Assembly: GCA_010093745.1 (NCBI GenBank)
Contig: MU005976.1
Location: 62,001-126,000 of the forward strand
Reading direction: 5' to 3'
DNA from: Piedraia hortae CBS 480.64
Taxonomy: Eukaryota
DNA: 64,000 nucleotides
Shown piece by piece: positions 36,259-48,523 of the stretch. Positions within the stretch are counted from its first letter, which is position 1; the number at the start of each line of letters is the position of its first letter. A model generated the notes under the pieces. The model worked only from the letters and a program-made list of their open reading frames with translations. It searched no databases and was not told the DNA's origin. Made by a program: the position numbers and the translations under genes.

Positions 36259-36640
36259 TCATACGGCCTTGTTATCTATGGTTGCGGCTCCACCTCCACC
36301 ATTCTCTTTGGCGGAGACAGAGCCGCAACCACGCTTACATGAGATTCGACAGATCTTTGGACGGAGTTTTCTTGAGTCGTATCCCACGAGATAGCCTATC
36401 ACCGAACGAGGTTCAAGCTTAAGCTTCTTGCCAAATCGCCTCTCATATTGGTGCACGTGGGCGTATACGCGCGTGTCCGACTGCCTAGCAAGTCAGGACC
36501 TTGAAGGCCGTCTTCCAGCTTTTCGCTTCCTGTGACGATAGGTATGAGAAGATAAGCAGCAGGAGAGACCGGTTCCAGCCAAAGGTCTTGGGGCAGGTTA
36601 AGCTGATGCATACTCGCTTCAAGGTCCTGGCTACATCAGA
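36259..36640 (-). mobile_element. Ty1/Copia integrase-region fragment
   Basis: NLPQDLWLEPVSPAAYLL and KLEPRSVIGYLVGYDS, typical of the Copia integrase C-terminus and SH3-like segment. Confidence 0.75.
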
Positions 36641-36924
36641 GGCCAAATCCAGTTCTCTGGTGCTTATAATGGACCCAGCATGCTGTTTGGTCTTTGTCGC
36701 TGGTCAGCCTGTCTAGGTTTTGCAATATTTTCACCCTTAACCTTGAGCTCCTCATAGGCCCTCCTGACGTTGCCCTAACAAATCTGGTGACTTTAACACG
36801 TTCGCCGTGTTCATCAGTACTGATTCCAACCCCGGTAAACAATCGTGGTATATCAGCATTTTCGCTATCAACCGGAACTTAACCGTATTGAAGCAGTCCC
36901 TCGACAATCCAATCATGCTGATAG

Positions 36925-37762
36925 TCAATAAGACGGAGTGTCGGCAAAGTATCGTTGGCGCTTGTAGTCCAATGCAAGAGCATCTAGAAATGGATCAAGG
37001 AATCTGTCCACCCCCTCTCTCCAAATTGCATTCAACATATTCACACCGCATGCGAATATATACTCCCAGTATTCAGGCCATCCCCTGGCCGGTTCCCAGT
37101 CAACTATTCCTGTATTTTAATCACCATGACCAATGATGTTGTCGCTGCTTAGATCGCCGTGCGTAAAAACTAGTTTTGAGCTAGCGCGATCTTGTACGGG
37201 CACGAATTCAGCAAGTCCAGGAATATAGCCAGTGTTACTGGCATCGATGCCATTTCGAAAATCAAGGCGAAAAGTTTTCATGGTCAGATATGGGCCTCTG
37301 TAGTGTGGATTGGATAATCGGGGATGACGATCAGGTGTGCCGTTCACGTCTCCAATCGAAAAGCTGTGGGGAGGTTCTATACTTCGAAGCTCATTGATCA
37401 TTTCCTTTAGCTGACGGAGTAAAGTGGTTTTCAACTTGGCTGATGGACCTTCCACCAAGACATCGTGTAGAGATATGCCCTGGATCTTTTCCATTACGAT
37501 GTAACTTGATCCCCTGTACGTGAATGCGAGAAATACTTTTGGTGCAAGAATAGAAGTATTTTGCCTCACGAATTCCATTGCTTCTGTCTCGCGTAAATGC
37601 TTCATTTCACGGCGTTTGATGCAGACCTTAAGCCAATTGGATATGGAAGTATGTGTATGCCGTCTTGCTCCAAGCCATCGTAGTTACCTGGAATTTCGGC
37701 CAAGCTAATACTACAAGGCGGCGGACAAGGAAGCTATCGATAAGCGGGCCATAATATGGCAT
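36925..37762 (-). pseudogene. Aminoglycoside-phosphotransferase (APH)/kinase-like pseudogene
   Basis: EAMEFVRQNTSILAPKV, YIVMEKIQG, VFTHGDLSSDNI, in-frame TAA at 37117-37119, then GIVDWE…WPEYWEY; frameshift near the 5' end. Confidence 0.82.
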
Positions 37763-38101
37763 CTTGGCGGAAGCACTGCGGTCCCATTCGCCTCGGAAAT
37801 ATTCCGTCGGCTAATGGAGCCCGCTTACTAAGCATGTTGTGATGTCACTCAGCAGAGGATTGCGGGATCGGAAACTCGTGAAAACTCGCACATGGACTTA
37901 TCGGGCTGATCTTCTTCGTTGTGATCCCATGACATCAGTTTTCAACCTTCTAACCTTTGGGCAACAGTATGAGCAAGGTGTCGCCGAATAGGCTAGGTTT
38001 ATGCGCCGAGCCGTCAACTGCTTGGGATAATCTGAACACTATAGCTGCAACTCTGTTCGAGCAAGCAAGTTACTCCCATTATATTCGTTTAAATGAAGCG
38101 T

Positions 38102-39677
38102 TCAATTATCAATAGATTTGTATCTTACATCCCACCAAGCTACACCTTCATTTGTCGCGAAGGTATCTAGAGAGTTGGCTTGACCGCTCTCCGGCCAAGG
38201 TCTCCAAGGACCAACTAGACCCCAACCAAGCGTGGGCAAAGCCACAAGATTCCCACCAGCGATCAGAACCGGTAGCGTGTATCGCATGCTGTCTGGCAGA
38301 GTCCTAAATCGCTCAAGTTTTTCCCGTGAAAACACCTTCCGCAGGGTTGCATTGTCACCAGCACTTAAAAGTCTGACACTCACATCATCGCACTGATAAC
38401 CTGTAGGGAGCGAAACACGAATCCAAAACCTGTTATCCCAAAGCATCCACTGGCTCGTGCTTCGACCTTGTCCCTCATCAGTCAGAGACAGCTTCAGGCT
38501 TTCACTCTCCCCGCGTCGAGGGCGCGCCCGATGCAATTCCAAGAATGACGTCCGTCCTTGCACTGCACTAGCCCACTTAATCTGCACTCCCGCAACTTGA
38601 CAGGGAGCCCTTCCAGGATCAAAGCCATAAACATTCTTCAACGGGACATGTGTCAGCGGCGAGACTGTTTCTAGCGCAATTTTCCAGGCAATCGCCTTTA
38701 CTAGCCCATTCTCTTCTTTCCCGAAGCACTCAGCAGAGAGTCGCGCAGAGCCCGTAGCCGTATCAAGAACAAACTCCAAATCGCGAAGCAGTCGTTTAGC
38801 CTTCTCTTCCGCATGAGCATAACTCCCCCCAACAGTCTCAGCAAGACGCAATAAACTTCCCGTCCGCAGTGCGACAGGAAGCTTCTCTTCTTCGCGAAGC
38901 AGCATCCTAATTGCATTCCTTGATGCCAAGCTCGCGTCTGCATTCGTTTCATCCTCGACCCACTTCACACTTCGTTCCACACAATAGTTTACCAACTCCT
39001 TCTTACGAAACCCCAACAACGGCCTATAAAGCGTAACACCCCCAGTAGACACCTCCAACGGAGGAAACCCACCTTTCTCCCTTGAACAAAGGTGCGCAGG
39101 CACTTTCCTTGCCGTCCTGCTCTTATGTATCCCAAACATCCCAAAACTCTCCGGAAAAGGCGCACAAGCTTGGATTCCCCTCAGCCCCGTACCACGATAT
39201 CCATTGATCACCCGCTGCAGAACCGTCTCGGCTTGGTCGTCCGCATGTTGCGCAACGAGCAGTTCAGTCACTCCGTGTTTCTTACAAGCACGGCCCAAGG
39301 CTCTGTAACGTTCTCGTCTCGCGTAGGACTCGATATGAACTATTTGATCCAGACTTTGTGGGATTGTGAGGATCTCCGGGTGGAAACCCATGCGCGAGAG
39401 CTCGTCGGAGACGATTTGTGCTTCGTGTCCGCTTCCTGGGCGGAGTTGGTGGTCGACGATGTACGCTAGTAAGGGCCGGTTAAGTTGGTTGTAGGTGGAA
39501 CAGAGACTGGCTAGGGCCATGGAGTCGACGCCTCCGCTGATGGCGAGTGCTGGGTGAGATGCGTTAGTTTTGTGGGTTTTTGGAGGATGTGAGGGATGGA
39601 AACTAACCGATTGATCGATGCCATTTGGGGGATATGAGCGATTGGAATTGCTGTTCGATCTGTAGGGCCGTTCGCAT
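38102..39677 (-). CDS. tilS: PP-loop tRNA(Ile)-lysidine synthase-like protein (505 aa; exons 39677-39608, 39549-38102)
   Basis: Intron 39607-39550 yields LAISGGVDSMAL (PP-loop), VDHQLR, ARRERY, QHADDQAETVL, RPLL, WVEDETN, SRNAIR. Confidence 0.88.
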
Positions 39678-40276
39678 CAGACTGTAGGTGGTGTGAGGTT
39701 GAAACGAGGTTGGTTGAATCCCAACCCTAATTTCGCAGGGCGACTTTGTCGGAGTCGGTTGAAAGTTCTCTCACCGTCTGCTGTTTCAGATACACATGAT
39801 AGTTTTGAGGAGACTTCGTATTCTGGCAGAACTTCGGCTTGTGCTCCGATTAGCAGGCGGGAGTGTCCGGAAGGCAGAAATTTTACAGTGGGTAAACTTT
39901 AAGAAGCAAAATGTTTTTGGCTTTTGGGAAGTACATCAGCACTGTAGCTTTTGAATAGATGGGTGTTGGAATATGGTACGCTAATCAGGGAAAACGATGA
40001 AAGGTGGGAATCACATCCTACTAAAAACATGTGAAGATTCTAAGATAAACAGGAAACTAACAGCATCCCCATGTGGCTTTTCGAAGTGAACTCACGCACA
40101 ACCGTGCTAAACTACCTCTATCGCGACTTTCCGACGTTCTACAGGGAATCGACGAAGGTGCGGTGTGAAATTGAGGTACTGTCTAAGGTATCTCTATCTT
40201 CTGCGGTCGAGCAGCGAGGAGCCGCTCTTGAACCTTAGTTCTACATCACCTCTTCCAAGACACACACCCATTCAAC

Positions 40277-41275
40277 TCAAGCCACGTCCCCCGTCATCCT
40301 AACCCTGTACCAGGTACAATCCCCGAATCAACTAACAACCTAAACCTCTGCACCCAATTCCTCGCACCAACATCATACTTCCCCGTCCCCGCACAAACAT
40401 ATGAGTTCTTTGGCAGCTGACTCCACCAATGCGCCATCCCCTCAACCTCAATTCTTACCCGCGCAGCTTTACGAGCCTCCTCAACCTTATCCTCAGGCGC
40501 CTCGGTCCGGAACTTCATACGCCTCGGCGCAGCATTGATATCCAACGCCCCTTGAACAGGGATATGCTCTACAATCACCTCTTTCGGGAAGATCTTGATG
40601 TGGAGTTTGATAGCCAGCTGGGCTTTTATCTGCCCGTGTTTTGTGGGTGCAGTGCACCAGCAATCGCCCGCTTCGTGCCAATTTTGGAGGGCGGTGATGA
40701 GTGCTTTGCCTTTGGAGGTGGTTGAGGATGTGTAACGTCAATCAATTCGTGCGCCGAGAGCGGGGGAGAAGAAGTTGTGTTCTGTGAGGGCGCGGTGGCG
40801 GTTTTGGATTATGTGGTTGAGTGTTTCGGCGTCTTCGAGCGTGGTGCGTGCGGACTCGGCTTGCGGTGGAGAGCTTCTTGGTTGTGCGAGCTTCGGATTG
40901 GGCGATTTTTGTGTGGATATGTTGTTTTTGGGCGGAGATGTGGGTGGTGATTAGAGAGCGGAGTTGGAAGGTGGTGAGGCGTAGTGTATCGTTTGAGTTG
41001 GCAGGAGGTTGGAGGTGTTCTAAGCCGATGCCGAAATGGCTAAGGAGGTGTTTGTATGGTTTGGGAATCTGGTAGGTGAACGATGGGACCAGTTGGCCTC
41101 GTTGGCCCAGTGAGAGAGGAATGGACAGAACCGCGAACGCAACGACCAGGGCCAGGAAGATATAGATAAAAAATAAATTGACGGGGAAATGATGAGCGAT
41201 GGAGATATTCCTCTTGGAAAGCTGTGTGTAAACCCAGTGTTGAGAACCGATATCACCCCTTGGAGCTACAGACAA
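40277..41275 (-). pseudogene. SUN-domain (Sad1/UNC-84-like) nuclear-envelope protein pseudogene
   Basis: TM segment, then after a frameshift NFFSPALGARID*RYTS (TGA 40738-40740) …ALQNWHEAGDCWC…AQLAI…EVIVEHIP…AAPR…YDV…VQRF, and in another frame CTWYRVRMTG; fungal SUN-domain motifs. Confidence 0.75.
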
Positions 41276-42088
41276 CTGCGCAACGGTCGTGTTATTCTAC
41301 GAAGGGAATTCATCACACGAAAAGTTTGCTCTAACAAACGTTCGCCTTTGTAGGTTTGCTTGTGACAAGATTATGCTTGGAGGTAGAAAACATAGTCCCA
41401 TCCTGATACTGTAGGATAATTTTCACCTAGAACACAGCTCGAACTGCTCATGTCGATCCCGAAAGTGGTTTGCTCTGAAAACCTAAAAGTCACCCTTACA
41501 CGATTAATTGATTGCGCAAACCTTTGTATCCAGCCTACCATGATGCAAGCGCTCCAAAGAATAATCGTATTTCGCCTTCCTTTGCAAGAATTCACTACTC
41601 TGAAAAGTCTACCTTACAAAAGTATATGGCTTCATCAGAAAGAGGCACACTACCTTTTTCCGCAGATCCAGCTTTCCATCTTGCGCTTTAACAGTCGCAT
41701 CCAACTACCCAAAACCGCAGGGACCCCCCAAGATGTGAAGACGACCTACCACATTGTTTGTTTGAAATCGCACTGGTGCAACAAAAATTTTCCTCAGACG
41801 TCGATTCGCAGAGGAGCACTTCTTCGCTGTGTCTTACAAAAATCATAGACTTCCCAGCCTCTAATCTAAGAATGGCAATCCACGCAAAACGCCAAGCCCC
41901 ATGCGCATCGCTTACCTACGTGAACGCCCGATCTATAACAAAGATGGCCAGTACTCACGAGAATGCAGATCACAGACTCCTAGTCAACCAACCTTATCGT
42001 TACCCACAGCTCACAAACAACAAGTCCATTTCAAAACTTCAGTCTCATCACACAAAATTCTCATTAAACCCGCCCTCGAAAAGATTAT

Positions 42089-43759
42089 CTACACCACCAC
42101 AATCCCTTCCCACCTCAACCTCATCTCCCCCAAATCTACCTTCGGCAGAACGCCATTCGTCCAACCACATAACCCCGCATGGGCTTTAAGCCTAAGCTTA
42201 TCTATCTCCACCTCCTCATCCTCCTTCCCCTCACTTTTAACCCTCAACTTCCCCCTAACTCTCCTGTACATCGAAGACTCCTTCAACTCTGCCTCGCGCG
42301 CGGCCCAGTGAGCAGGCCTCTTGCCCGGCGCTCCGGCCTTAGCATCATCACCCCTCCCCTTCGACCCCCTCCTCAACTCTGCCCCATACCTCTCAATCGT
42401 TCTGTACGCCTCCATCAAGAGCCTCTCATGATACTCCTTCTCCTCCTGCAAATTCAAGACTTCCTTCCTAAGGACCTCAAGATCATCTTCTGCCATCTCC
42501 TTTTCCACCTGCAGAAGCTCATTCTTTTGTTGAAGCGATATTTTTTCGTCGAGATAGATACGGTTGCGCTCGTTGGCTTCCTCAAGTTTGGACTTCCGCT
42601 CGAGGCAATCTTGCAATTGTTGCTCGAGGGAGCGGTCGTCAGGCTGGTCTCTAGACTGGTTGTTGCTGCTTGGGTTAATGGGTTGGTTTGAAGAGGAATG
42701 GGTGGCTTACTGTTTGATTGTTCTGTTGAGGTTAGAGATTTCGTATTGGAGGGATTCGATTTGTTTGTTGTAGGCTTTGGTGATGGCTTGGTTGGTTTCC
42801 TTGAGGGACTCGTTGTCTTCATTGAGGTATCTGCATTTGTCTTTCAGATGGTCGAGTTGGGCTTGGAGGAGGTCACTCTCGAGTTTGTAGTCGTGTTTGA
42901 ACTTCGCGAGTAGTTCGCTTTCTGGGGCAATGAGGTGTAACATTGCGGCTTTTTCTGCGACGGTGACTTGGGAGAGGTCTTGGTCTTGGTTCCTGATGCT
43001 GAGATTTCGACCCGGTACGCGCGGGATGTGGGTGGTAGGGGAGGTGATTTTGACCTCTTCTGGTTTTTGTGGTTGCCAATACTCACGGCCACGGGAGGGG
43101 GAGCGACTTCGGCGGCCTTCTGCATCGGTTGGCATGGGTTTGTAAAGCGATATTTCACGGTCTTTGTCGAAGACTTTGTAAGTTTCGCTGTTCCTGCCCC
43201 AGCTGGTTTTACCGGGGTTGGTAAAGTTCTCGCCATCGAAATCGAATGCACGATCGATTCCCTTTTGCAAGAGTTTCTTGTCGCTGCTGCCCACGCTGTA
43301 GGCGAATGCCTCGTTGATGAATTGGGCACGTTCTTCGGGGTCGATGCCCTCGTCTTCTTGGCAGATGACCACTTGGGTTTCGGAGGGCTGCTGGAGTGCT
43401 TCTGAGTCTGCTGCCCCTTCAGATGGTTCAGACTGCTCTGCATGCTCTATTTGCTGTGTTTGGTCGGCCTGCTGGGTTTGCTCTGTCTGATGAGACTGCT
43501 CAGCCTGCTCGATCTGCTCCACTTGATGCGGCTGATCAACATCACCAGCGTCATGCAAGTCTTCCAGGCCGTACCTCTCTGCCTGGGGGTCATCTAGTGT
43601 ATTGTGTTGTGGACCTTCAGAACGCTCATCGAGCTGGTCCTCTTCCTGACCCTCATCAAAAAGTTCATTCCACAATTCAAGATCGTCATCCTCCACTTGC
43701 AGATGGTGCTCTTGAGGAGACAAACCATCATGATTATAGGTATTAGAATTTTCAGCCAT
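42089..43759 (-). CDS. Hypothetical acidic coiled-coil protein (541 aa; exons 43759-42711, 42665-42089)
   Basis: Two same-frame ORFs joined by a 45-nt intron 42710-42666 (GTAAGC…TTAAC…CAG) that removes the TAA; E/Q-rich N-terminus and heptad-rich C-terminus. Confidence 0.65.
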
Positions 43760-44391
43760 TGTGATTCCGTTCCAGAAGATACCTGAAGAGTAAGAAAGAT
43801 CTGGCCTTGGAAGTCTGTTTTATAGCCTTGTTCCTGTGACGAGTGAAGTAAACTTGGCTTGGGGCAGTATGTGCCGACTCGAGTAAAGTGGTCGAGGCCA
43901 TGTTCTTTGTTTCGTCAGTGGGCTTTGTTGACCTGTACAAAAAGAAGGGAAGTCTTTGACAAGGAACTTGACAAAGATGGAGATGGGCTCGATTTATCAG
44001 ATGGTTCGCTGTCATGGAAGAAAACGGAGTTACAATTGCTTTGATGTGACAAAGAAAAGTTGCTTGTGCCGGGCTATAGCTATATGCGGATAGGAATTTG
44101 ACTACAGACTAGTGTGGTGTGCGTTATCTAGACCTGCATCTTTCAACACTCGTACGTCATGTGGATGTACCTGTGGAGATAACGGTGGGTGGCGACTCAC
44201 TAGTGACCAACTGCCCGTGAGATCAGTGACTACATTCAGCTGCTGACCGAAGCTATTGCCAATTGCCAGCTGAAGTTTGGTGAGATTTCATGACTCAGTC
44301 GTGGTAACCTGTTGGTGGGGCATGGAGACCAACATGACGTAGCACGCGGGGGCAAGGCTCAACGTGCCCAACTGCGAACAAACACTCAACA

Positions 44392-46796
44392 ATGTCTCGC
44401 GAAACGAGCCTCCTATTGACCTTCTTAGCTGTGCTGCTGCTTCTTACGCCGCAGGTGGCAGCATTCGGGGCGGGTAACATAGCGTCCATCTCCAAGCTTG
44501 AAGGACACAATTGGCGGCATGGCGACATTGAAGACACGCTCAAGACTGTAGCATTCATAAAAGGTCACAAATGGACATCGATGATGGTAAAGCGTGTCTA
44601 CTTTGGCAACTGGCTGCGTGATTATTCCCAAGCAGTTGATGTCGGAACCCTCAAGGGGGTCCCGGCAGATACAATCCGCGTTCTGGTCTGGGTTCTGGCC
44701 TTTATGGCGTTTGGCTACGCAACAGAAGAATTTGAAGTGACCGCCGAACGTCTTGGCTGTTATAGACCCGAAGAACATATTGATAACCCTAAAGACTATG
44801 CCGATAATCAAGATGCCCGTCAGTTCGACAAGCGTCTCCGCGGACCTGTAGATCCGATAGAACTGGCCATTGACCCAAACACTGGAATGAAGAATTACAT
44901 TGCAAATGAAAGCGGTCATTGGTCAACTTCTCTGGGATATGTCAAGTGGAGCTTCCTTCGCAGTATCCACTACGGACGGCAGTACACCAACGGCGGCGAT
45001 CGAGGGCGTAAAGAAGATCTTTATGAAGCGCTGAGATGCCTTGGCCAAGGTTTGCACTGTCTAGAGGATTTTGGCGCCCATTCGAATTATACCGAGCTGG
45101 TGCTCCGTGAAATGGGCTTTGACAACGTCTTTCCTCACGTTGGCACTCAGACGGCTATCCATCTCCATGGAAAAAGAGTGTTTCCGTTGGTAGGTCAGTT
45201 CCCCCCCAACCACAGGGCTTTTATTTTGATGAGTATTAGGTAACGGGAACCTTTGGCGGAGTAGATTTCCTCCACAGTGTCCTTGGCGAGGCCACTGATC
45301 ACGTACGTATTATTCAGCAAATATCATTATAACTGACAATTTAGATCTCCCAAAGCGAGGTCGATGAGACCGAAGTGCAGAAGCTAGATGCAGCACTTGG
45401 TCAAGCTGCAGCACTTACAGGGGCAGGTGGCGGCGGCGGCTCTCGCAGTTTCGATGGCAGCAGCGGTGGAAACAGCAACATGACTGACTTTACAGACGTG
45501 TTATCCAAAATACCGGGAACACGCGGCCTAATTGAGGAAGCAATGCAACTACAGTCCAGCTCAGCCGAGCAGGCAGCCCAAATCGAGCAACAAGGCTCCT
45601 CACGTGCTGCAGCAGGCGGTCCCGCCGTCAACGTTGACGTCCAACAAGTTGTCACCCGAATCTATCCCATCCTCGCATTCCGTGACAAAGTCATGCGTAG
45701 TGTGGATGCCTTTGTTTCGAAGATCCCGGGATTAGAAAAGATTATCGACACCATCAGCGAGAAGCTGACGCTATTCATCATGGGATTGTTGGCCCCTTTT
45801 GTCAAGCCTCTAATCGCAGCCGCAAGCAATGCGTTGAAGGAAGGCAGCGGCAGCGTCGTCAGCAGCAGCCAGAAGCAGCAGTTTCTCGTCTGGAACGATC
45901 CCACAAGCAGTGACCCCACGCACTCGATGCTGTCCAAAGACCATTTCTCCAACATCCTGAACCCTCCAGCGGGGGAGGTCGCATCGGTAATCCTTCAGTA
46001 CGTGGTCCCGCGCGTGCTTTACGCTTGGGACAATACGAGCGCCTCGACGGATGAGATTATGCACGATATCTCGCGCGTCTTCCACCACCCGGCTGCGCGG
46101 GATATGAACTGCGAGGTTCACAGGAACATGTTCCACGTGGTGGAGCAGTGGGTCCGGAAGCGGTCAGATGGAGGCCGTGGTCTGAATGACATCTTGAGCG
46201 CGGATAGCGTGAAGAAGGGCCATAACCACCAGGTGCAGGATTTTAAACAGAGCTTGCAGCCGCTAGAGCAGCAAATGATGCAGATGCAGGCTATGAGTGC
46301 CAGGGCGCAGGCGCAGACGACGAGAGGCGGGATGGACGGGCAGGATGATTATGGTCGAAAGCAGTATGACCAGCAGCAACCGGGGTACGGCCAGCCATAT
46401 GGTGGGCAGTATGGGGCTCCTCAGCAAGGCTACGGGCAGCAGTATGGCGAGCAATACGGACAACAGCATGGACAACAGCATGGACATCAGTATGGCCATC
46501 AGTATGGCCAGCAGTACGGACAACAGTACGGACAGTACCCAGCTCAATATCCTCCGGGACCGCCGTACCCCGAAGGACCACAGTACGGACAGAATGATCC
46601 GCAACCGTACGGTCAGCCTCAGCAGCATCATCATCACCATCAAGACCCTTACAATCAGCAATCATACAACCAACAGTCCTACAATCAAGATCCCTACAAT
46701 CAGCAAGGTTACAACCAAGGCTACAGTTCTCACGGCCATCACAACCACAGTGGTGGATACGACCCGAACCAAAACTACAACACGTACAACTACTAA
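44392..46796 (+). CDS. het-c: HET-C domain protein with Q/G/Y-rich C-terminus (770 aa; exons 44392-45189, 45240-45302, 45345-46796)
   Basis: Signal peptide, AFGAGNI, WRHGDIED, RVYFGNWLRDYSQ, YRPEEHIDNPKDY, GLHCLEDFGAHSNY, PLVTGTFGGVDFLHS, DPTHSMLSKDHF. Confidence 0.95.
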
Positions 46797-46847
46797 ACCC
46801 CCAAACAACAATCCATAGAGTTTCCCCTACATAGTACACTACCCAAC

Positions 46848-48331
46848 CTATTTCCTCTGCGCAAACCTCATCTTATTCGCGCCAATATCAAAAACTGCAA
46901 CCACACCCCTCAAAAACGTATCCCCCAGAATATGCACCCCATCCATCTCCTGAATCCCCAGCACACACATATCAAACCTATTCCTCGAATTCTGCAGCAC
47001 CAAATCTTCTTCCTTAAACCCAAACCTCCCTTTCCCCAGTTTAACCGTAACACTCGGCTGTGAAGCATTACAGGGGACATACCACATCGCCGTCAATGCA
47101 TCGAACACACTCCCCTCGAACGCCCGTGCAACATTCCTCGCCACCTCCGCGGAAAAGTAACTCAACGTCGTACCTGAATCAACTATAGCCGGAAAATCCC
47201 TCCCCGCATGAGCATCATCCGTAGACACATCCCCAACATCAACCGTATAATACGTGTACGTATTCTCCGGCCTCGGCAAATTAAAAAGATTATAGATCTT
47301 CAGATCTGTTGTTGAGAAGTTTCCATGAGATACCCCCGGGGGCAAACCGCCGAGAGAGAGAGCCCCCCCTTCTGAGTCCAATGCAAGGGAGAATAAGGGG
47401 GGAATGAGGCCGCGGCCCGCAGCGGTGAAGATGAAATTCGTGTATGAGATGTTGTTTTTACCGCGGAGGTCGTGGGTTGGGTCCGACCCGCTAAAAGCGC
47501 TGGTTAGGGAGGGGTAGGCGAACCCGAGAAGGCCGGAGGTCGAGGAGTCGCCTTGCCAGAAGGCTGTTGTTACCTTGGAGCACTGTTAGGGGGGTTGACT
47601 TTGGGGAGGGTTATGGGAGGGTTGCTCCGCGGGGACACCTTGGGAACACCTTGGAAATCTAACGAGGACACCGCGGGTATTCCACAGGAACCCACAGACT
47701 CCCCTAGGCTCCCCTCGGGCAGGATGACTCACCAAAGCCGCAGTTTGATTCGCAACGTGCACACCACCAAGACAGATATCCTCGCGACCCATCACCCCCG
47801 TGACGAATTCGCCATCGCCGTACGAGACGTTGAAGTTCTCGTTTGGGATTTGTCCGCCGGTAAAGGTGGCTGGACCGAGGGGGCCAAAGTTGCAGGACGA
47901 GAGGGGGAGACTGTCGTGGAAGCGACCGATGCATTTTAGGGATGAAGAGGCGAGCCATAGATCGCTCGACCCGGTGTCGAAGATTACGGAGTAGTCTTTT
48001 CCACCGAAGTTGAGGATTGTAGAGTAGCCTGAGTTTTCGGCCGTGGCGACTAAGGGTGCGGTTCCGTTGGTTGGGCGGAAGATTGTTTGGAGGGCTGGAG
48101 AATTGTTAGAATTTGGTGGAGATGAATGGATGACTTACCTCGCGATGCGTGGGATGATTGTTTGGTGCTTTGGAGGGGGATGTGTTTCGTCGTGTGCACG
48201 AGTTCGGTCAATGGACAGTTGGTGCTGGAGAGAGTCCTGATTGTGCCGAACTTGGAGTTGAAATGCTGTTTAGCAGGGAGTGGATTGGCCGCGGCCAGGG
48301 AGATAAATAGAATGATCTGATGGAAAAGCAT
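46848..48331 (-). CDS. Secreted A1 aspartic protease (426 aa; exons 48331-48139, 48094-47733, 47573-46848)
   Basis: Signal peptide; VIFDTGSSDLW, SYGDG flap, GLLGFAY, IVDSGTT, ILGDTFLR; introns of 44 nt and 159 nt. Confidence 0.9.
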
Positions 48332-48523
48332 GGTGCTGGAGAAGCGAAGAAGAACGAAGAGAAGAAGATATAGGACTACTCACTCGATGTAAGGCGGGCG
48401 GTCTGAAACACCGGCCAGGCACATGGCCGCAGGCAAGGGAATGCAGGAACACGATGCAACTATTACCTTCAAGTTTGGGTCTTTGTCACGCAGATCCAGC
48501 AAGGGATGCGGCGTGCATAAATT

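Noticed and set aside
42707..42709. Apparent premature TAA splitting the coiled-coil gene
   Set aside because: It lies inside a 45-nt GT-AG intron (42710-42666) with a branch-like TTAAC; splicing restores the frame
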